The translations under genes and the position numbers were made by a program. A stretch of 64,000 nucleotides of DNA from Prorocentrum cordatum (lineage: Eukaryota), in assembly GCA_963575745.1 (NCBI GenBank), contig CAUYUJ010000259.1, positions 186,001 to 250,000 on the forward strand. Reading direction: 5' to 3'. The notes beneath the pieces are model-generated. The model was given only the letters and a program-made list of their open reading frames with translations, made no database searches and had not been told where the DNA came from. Positions 49,401-57,500 of this stretch are shown in pieces. Each line of letters begins with the position of its first letter. Position 1 is the stretch's first letter.

Positions 49401-52400
49401 GCCTTCCTACCTCATGTTTCTGCACACTTCTTCCGACCGACGGGTATGTTTACGCAGCTGATTATCCGAAGGCTACGGCGGAGACAGCTCGGCGGTGCGA
49501 CACCAGCTCTCGGGAGGGGTGCGGAGCATCCACGCCACGGCCTCGGCCTTCGCCGCGGTGAAGGACCTGGCAGCGCTCGGACGTGTGCCTGTGTCTTATC
49601 GGCGAGGACCATCGAGGAGCAGCTCGGCTCATCGAGCCAATGTCACACGCACGAAACCGAACAGTGCAAGGGGAAGGTTCGGATGCAACTCCTGGGAGGT
49701 CAAATTCTGATTTTGCCCTGGTCCGAAATCCGGCTTACCCCCGCTCAATCCCGCTTAATCCGGTTTAATCCGTTTAATCCCGCTTAATCCGGCTTAATCC
49801 GAGGCCCACTCAAGCGTAACAGCCCCCCCATGGGGCTCAATTCTCTTAAATCCTTCCGACGAGAATACCTCCCAATAGTTGCATCCTAGACGTCTGAGCG
49901 ATGGCGAGAGGACGACGGGACCACCGTCACCTGGGGCTGCCCAGGCGACGGCGGGGACAGCAGCGCGGTGCAGGAACAGCTGAAGGCTGGAGCCGGCTGG
50001 GGGGCACAGCGCCACTTCCTTCGGTGGCAGTGCATCCGCCCTGGAAGCAGGTGCCCAGACCCCGTCGCGTTGCGAACAGATCACGACGGTTATGATGACT
50101 TGACCACCAGAAAGAATTTCGAGCGCCCAAAAAGTATTGAACCTCAAAGAAAATCACGTGTCGGGCCCTGGGAGATACTCGCTCGACGCTGTTTCGACCC
50201 TGTTTCGACATACTATTTTGACACTTTTTTCGGGTGCTCGAAATTATTTCTGGGATGTGGTCCTTAAGCAGGGTTGGAACAACATAACACGACGGGAGGT
50301 TTGTCGCTATTTTCGGCGCCCGGGGACCCTTGCTGGGCCCCGGGGCAGTCAAAACCAACTCAGGACGAACAAAAACGGTCCCGGGGAAGGGGTCGAGACC
50401 TCTGGTGGTCGACGTTGTGAAGACATCACGACGTCGGGCGTCTGGGAAGTAAATGCACAGACGCCCTCCAATGGATCGTTCCTGGGCCTTAGGGCAGGGT
50501 GGCGGTGGCAAGAGCACCACTGAGAGCCAGCAACCTCTATACACCGCCGCCCTCCCCGAAAGCGCATACCATCGATATTCACCATTTCGAGTGCACTCGC
50601 TTTGGCGTCGACGGGCGTCGATTCAGCGCCGATTTGCGTCCACTAGCGTCGATTCAGCGTCGACGAGCGCCGCTGCCGCAAGAGGCAGCAAGATGACACG
50701 GGAGGCTCCCAGGATGGGCCATGGACGGTCCCAGCCAGCAGAAGTGGGAGAGAATCCGGTATCGCTCGGACGTGTCCAGTTTATCTCGGGGAGGACCATG
50801 GAGGAGCATCCTGGATCATCACGACACGCACGGCTCGGAAGACTGCACACATATGTGGACGCCCGAGCGATGGCAAGATGGCAGGCCCCCCGCGTCGCCA
50901 CGGCTGGAGGTCCAGCAAAGCAACGTGTCAGGACGTCGACCCCGGAGTCGGTCTGGGGACCGACTCGGAGCGGATTTGCCCCCACCCCTCCCTCTGGACG
51001 GGCTTCCTCCCCTGGGATCCTGGCGTCGCATATTTTTTTCACAGCGGGCGTCTTCGCCCAGTTTCGGGCCCCAGGGCCCTCACAGATCGATCGGGCTCGA
51101 CGAATCGTTTAGAAACACATCTGGGGTCCGGGGCTTCGGTCGTGATTTTGTTGGCGATGGCGCAGTTATTGTCCGCAGCGTCGGATCTCAGGGTCGGGGC
51201 CCAAAACTGGCGCAGACCCCCTAGCCGCTTCAATGGCTACTGAAGGGCCACGTGGTCCAGGTGCTCCGTGCGATCAAAATGGGTACGGAAAGAATGGATG
51301 CGAAAACCGACTCCAGCTCCTGCTCGTTCTGAACAGGACTCGATGTCATTCCCACCCCTCCCCCCCTTCACTCCTCTCCTCCTCCTCCTCTTCCTCCTCC
51401 TCCCCCTCCTCCTTCTCCTCCTTATCCTTCTCCTCCTCGGTCGGTGTCGCTGCGGAGTCCATTTGAGGCAGAAGGGCGCCTGCCCAACGGCGGCCGCTGT
51501 CGATTTGTCACAACATCTGCTGTGGGTCATCGTTCCCAGATCTTCCGTACATTTTTCGGGCGTGCAGAGGTGTGCTCGACCCATTGGGCGTTCGCGGCCT
51601 TGAAGGAGTCCGGCCAGGTGGTGACGTGGGGCGACGCGCTCAGCGCGGGCGACAGCCGCGGCGTCTCCGAGCAGATCGCGAGCGGCGTGTCCACTATCTA
51701 CTCCAACCACGAGGCCTTCGCCGCCGTCAAGAGCGACGGCCAGGTGGTCACCTGGGGCAAGGCTCAGGGGAGTTCCGTTAGCGGCTTGAACCGAAACCAG
51801 AAAAAACTCCATATAACAAATCTTTTAGGCTCCGCGCGGATTTCTTGAATCCGAGCTGGGCCCCCCTGGCGGCGCCTCCGGCGCCGCCCCTGGCGCGCTC
51901 CGCGCTCCAGGGCGTGGGGTCCCAGCGCAGGTCCAAGAAATCTGCGCGGAGCGCCAACAGTTTATGTTTATGTTTTTGTTCCTTCCTCTATTGATGTTGA
52001 TGGAGGACTTCAAGCGTTCTCGTCGGTTCGCGGCGGCGCTCCAGCCTCGGGGGGCCCCCTTCAGCAGACGCGCCGCGCCGAGGGGGGCGGTCCCGGGGCA
52101 AAACTAAGGTGTTCCCACGACTAGGGAAACTGAAACACGACAAGAGAAAACTGAAACGCGACAAGGTACAGCTTATTCACGACAAGCAATCGCCACCCAC
52201 TTTCGCCTCGCCACCCACTTTCGCCACCCACTTTCGCCACCCACTTTCGCCACCCACTTTCGCCACCCACTTTCGCCGCCCACTTTCGCGAACGAAAGTG
52301 GGTGGCGAGCAAAAGTGGGTGGCGAATGAAAGCGGGTGGCGAACGAAAATGGGTGGCGAACGAAAGTGGGTGGCGAACGAAAGTGGGTGGCGAACGAAAA

Positions 52401-54481
52401 TGGGCGGCGAACGAAAGCGGGTGGCGGACGAAAGTGGGTGGCGAACGAAAGTGGGCGGCGAACGAAAATGGGTGGCGAACGAAAGTGGGTGGCGAACGAA
52501 AGTGGGTGGCGAACGGAAGTGGGCGGGTGGCGAAAGTGGGTGGCGGACGAAAGTGGGTGGCGAACGGAAGTGGGCGGGTGGCGAAAGTGGGTGGCGAAAG
52601 TGGGTGGCGAACGGAAGTGGGCGGGTGGCGAAAGTGGGTGGCGAAAGTGGGTGGCGAACGTGGGTTTGCTTGTCGTGAATATGTCTCTTCCTTGTCGTGA
52701 AGCTGCTTGCCGCGAAACCATCCCGGCCATTCCCGGGGCTGCCGCGCGACCGCCGGGGAGAGCCGAGCGGTATGGCTCGAGTTGAATCGGGCCTGTCCCT
52801 CTACTGGAGGAATGTTCAAACATAGGCAAACAAATAGGGGTGACTGTCAAACAATATAGTCAAACATATACAGGAGGAATGTTCAAGGATAGTTAAACCA
52901 TAATCTGGGGACGATGTTCTGCATGTTTTTTTGGCTATGTTTGAACATCGTTTGATTACTTTTTGAATTTGTCCTCCAAAATCCGCCTGTAGGGGGGCAA
53001 TGCCGGACCTAAGGCTCGAGATATCACGGGGGTGGACGCATCGGCACCCAGTCGCCCATAGCCTGAATTCGAAGACGAACATTCGGCAGAAACATAAACC
53101 TTGCGCACTCCGCGCGGAGTGCCACAAGTTGTTTGTTTACGCAGTTATTTTGTATGTTTATTTTTCTTCTTCTTCCTATTATTATTCTTATTCTTCTTCT
53201 GGAACGTGCAGCTGCGCTATCGGGGGCCAATCGCGATCGCCCCTCAAATGTTGCGCCTCGAAAGGCGAGGCATGGCGGCGACTGCAGCGCAGTCCGAGCT
53301 GACCTCGCGCCGCCCGTGCGCCACATCTACGCCAGCTCGTGGGCCTTCGCGGCTGTGGTCGGCGACGGCAGGGTGGTCACGTGGGGCCATCCAGGCTGCG
53401 GGGGCGACTCCACCGCGGTCTTCGGAGGCGGAAAAGACACCGATCCCGCCAGGCGCCTCGTTCTTGCTTTTGCCTTGGCTTCCAGGGATGCCCTCGCCGC
53501 CACGGCCAGACTCGCCTCGAGATCCTTGCCAGAAGGCGCCCCTGGAGAGGTCCTGTGGAGCCGTTCGGCCACGCGCTCACGGGGGTAGGGTGAGGGGAAA
53601 GGGCTTCCTAGAAGCATCCCTGCTTCTTGGAAGGCACGGGCCCTATCTATAGATGTAAGGCCGGCGCCTTCTAAGAAGCAGCCTCCTTTTAAGGAGCCCT
53701 CCCCCCCACCCCTTGTTGCGCGCCGCCGAATAGTGGTATTGGTGCCTTCTGGGTTCACCAGGTACGCCAGCAGCTGAGCGCGGGCGTCAGGGAGGTGTGC
53801 GCCACCATCGGGGAGGCCAAAAATAGCGGCACGAGCACAGCTCGTGGGCCACCAGGCGGTGTTGCGATCACGCCTTGCGCCGCTGACTCGGGGTGGCCGA
53901 GCAGTTTTTTTGGGAGCCTCGGGGCGTTCTCCGAGGACTCCTCGGGCGACCAGGGCCTCCGAGGTCCCAAGGCCGTGCGGTGACGGACCGCACGGTGAGG
54001 TCTATTTGGACTCGGTGGTTCGAGTAGGGAATCGACTACAGAATCGATTGACCCCAGCATTCATTTCCCCATCGAATCCACGACGAGCACTGAAGATGTC
54101 CGCACATCGACCAGGACTTCGAAGCATCATTCCGAAGATTCGACGAGACAGTGAGTTCTGAGGTGCATCCATTCTGTGGTCGATCCCCTGCTTGAGGGGT
54201 CCCCGCGCGGGCCGTCACCACACGGCACTGGGCCCCCCGGGGGGACCTCTCGGAGGCCCGCCGGTGCCTGCCGGGTCGGCGCTCTGGGGGGGGGGGGGCT
54301 CGGCTCTCCCCGCGCCCATGCTTCAGCAGGGGAAGAAACACACAGACCCAATTAATCGTCGACTCCCCAGAAAATACAGGAAAATATGGGCAGTGGGGGG
54401 GCAGACAGAAACCCAGAAAATAAGGGAAAATATGAGGGATCTTCCTATTTGTGTGTGGTGATGTGTGTGTGTGTGTGGTGA

Positions 54482-54512
<31 letters not shown>

Positions 54513-57500
54513 CAGGGCCCCTTCACTGCTGCCTCTGCGCCGAGCGGGCCGGCCCTGGGCAGGCGGGGGAGGGAGAGGCGACACCCGCAGCACCACCGGG
54601 CAGGCTACCTCCAGCGGCGGGGCCCACGGTCACCCTGAGCCCTGAATCCTCAGAGCTAAGAGCCTGTAAAAAATTTAAAATCCTGAAGTGCCCACCGTGC
54701 TCCTTATGCGCTCCCTTATGCCGCCCCCTTTTTCGGCGCACCCCTCACGCAGATCCTTGCCCTCGGAGTGCCAGGAATAGTGTTCCGAGAGCTTTTGCAA
54801 AACGCAGGGCGCACCCCTCACGCAGATCCTTGCAAGCCGGGGTATGCATCGCCAAGGCGTCGGTAAGTTGCTGCGGGAAGCTACTCGTTTTTGCCGCTTC
54901 GCGCGCGCGTCGCATCGCCCTTGCATCGGCCTTAGCGCACCGTGCCGCAGTGCTAAGGATGCGAACTGGGGACCCGTCTCCTCGAGGCAACGAGCTATCC
55001 CGCGTTCGTTGCGCAGCCACTCCATGCAATATCACCGCCACTGGGCGGCGTCCCTGCGACGCACAGGGACCCGCGTAAATATACGTTGTTCTTCAAATCG
55101 CGTCGTCGCGCGCGCGCGCGTGCTGCATCGCCGTTGCAGCGGCTTCCCAGAGGACTTGGCGCGACTGTCGTCGTCGTCGTCGTTTTGAGATCAATATCGT
55201 CGTCTTCCTCATCGGTATCGTCGTCGTTTTGACATCAATATGTCTTGGGTCACGGGTGGGTGGGACACGTCCAACAGGATTCAAGTTTGGGCCAGTGGAC
55301 CCTAAGAACTAATATAAGGTCCTATACAAATCCTAAAACTCCTGAAGCATTTTTTTCCGCGCTCCCTTTTATGCCGCCCCCCACTTCGGCGCACCTCCCA
55401 CGCAGATCCTTGGCTTCGGAGCGCCAGGACTGGCGTTCTGGGAGGATCTGCTAAACCCAGGGCGCACCCCTCACCCCTCGCGTGCGCGCGCCGCATCGCC
55501 TTTGCATCGGCCTTCGCGCACCGTGCCGCAGTGCAAAAAACGCGAACTGGGGATCCGTCGCCTCGAGGCAACGAACTATCCCGCGCGCCTTGCGCAGCCA
55601 CCCCATGCAGTCTCACCGCCACTGGGCGGCGTCCTTGCGACGCACAGGGGCCCGCGTAAATATGCTTTGTTCTTCAAATCGCGTCGTCGCGCGCGCGTGC
55701 TGCATCGCCGTTGCAGCGGCTCCCCAGAAGACTTCGCGCGACTGTCGTCGTCGTCGTCGTCGTCGTTTTGAGATTGATATCATCGTCGTCGTCATCGGTG
55801 TCGTCGTCGTCGTTTTGGGATCAATCTGTCTTGGGTCATGGGTGGGTGGGACACGTCCAACAGGCTTCAAGTTTGGGCTAGTGGACCTTAAACCCTAAGG
55901 ACTAAAAACCTATAAAGATTTAAATCCTGAAGTGCGTGAGCCCGTCCTAAAGCCGCCCCTTATGCCGCCGTAGAAACCGCCCGTTCTGCCGCCCCCCCCT
56001 TCCGTCGCAACTCTCACGCAGATCCTTGCCCGCGGAGTGCCTGGAATGGTGTTTTGAGAGCTCTGGCGAATCCCAGGGCGCACCCCTCACGCAGATCCTT
56101 GCCCTGGGGAGTGCCAGGAATGGTGTTAAGGGAGCTTTGACGCGGAGCATGCCGATGCAACGAGTTGCCTCGGGCACATCCTTCCCTCCCCCTGTCCAAA
56201 GGCTCCTTACGCCGCGTCAACACAATGCACCGAGCGATGCGCAGAGGGCGAGGGGCAAGACAAAAGCGCGCACAGGGCCTTCAGCGTCAGTCCGTCCCCT
56301 TGACCGAGCCGATGCGTCGCCCGTGCATCTGCTGTCGCGCGCCGCGTCGCACTTCCAAGGATGCAAACGTGGGAGCCCCTTTTCGTGGAGCCAATCAACC
56401 GCCCCGCGCGTTGTGCATCAATCTGGTTTATGCATCGCCAAGGCATCGGCAAGGTGCTCCGGGGTGCCGTTTTGTCGCTTCGCGCGCGCGCGTCGCATCG
56501 CGCATGCATCGGCCTTCGCGCGCCGCGTCGCGGGGGAGCGCTCTCCGCCAAGCAATGAACAATCCCGCGTGCCTCGTGGCAAGCCCGGGTATGCATCGCC
56601 AGGGAGTCGGTAAGTTGCTGCGGGGAGCTACTCGTTTTGCCGTTTCGCGCGCGCGCGTCGCCTCGCCCTTGCATCGGCCTTCGGGCACCGTGCCGTAGTG
56701 CTAACGATGCGAACTGGGGATCCGTCTCTTCGAGGCAACGAGCTATCCCGCGTTCGTTGCGCAGCCAATCATGCAATCTCACCGCCGCTGGGCGGCGTCC
56801 CTGCGACGCACAGGGACCCGCGTAAATATAAGTGCGTCGTCGCGCGCGCGCGTGCTGCATCGCCGTTGCAGCGGCTTCCCAGAGGACTTGGCGCGACTGT
56901 CGTCGTCGTCGTTCTGAGATCCTTATTGTCGTCTTCGTCATCGGTATCGTCGTCGTTTTGACATCAATATGTCTTGGGTCACGGGTGGGTAGGACACATC
57001 CAACAAACTTCAAGTTTGGGCTAGTGGACCCTAAGAACTAAGAGCCCACTAAACTCCTAAAATGCTTTATGTCGCCCTTCGATCGCCCCCTTTATGCCGC
57101 CCCCCAGTTCGGCGCACCCCTCACGCAGATCCTTGCCCTCGGCGTCCCTGGGATGGTGTTATGAGAGTGTTTTGCAAATCCCAGTGCGTACCCTTCACCC
57201 GTGGCCTCGGACTATACGTTGTTTTTCAAATTGCGTCGTCGCGCGCACGTGCCGCATCGCCGTTGCAGCGGCTTCCCAGAAGATTTTGCGCGGCTGTCGT
57301 CGGCGTCGTTTTGCGATCCATATCGTCGTTTTCGCCATCGGTATCGTCGTCGTCGTTTCGAAATCAATATGTATTGTGCCATGAGTGTGTGGGGGGGGGG
57401 GGCACGTCCAACAGGTTTCAAATTTGGGCTAGTGAACGCTAAGAACTAAGAGCCTATAGCTATTGATCCTGAAAGTGCCTTATGCCGCTCTTCAATCGCC

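Noticed and set aside
50885..50902. Alternative micro-exon APRVAT
   Set aside because: Six residues, one too many for the repeat register; 51246-51260 fits exactly with better borders.
52109..52850. ESGWRTKVGGERKWVAN repeat ORFs
   Set aside because: Open in several frames on both strands of an inverted 14-18-bp DNA repeat.
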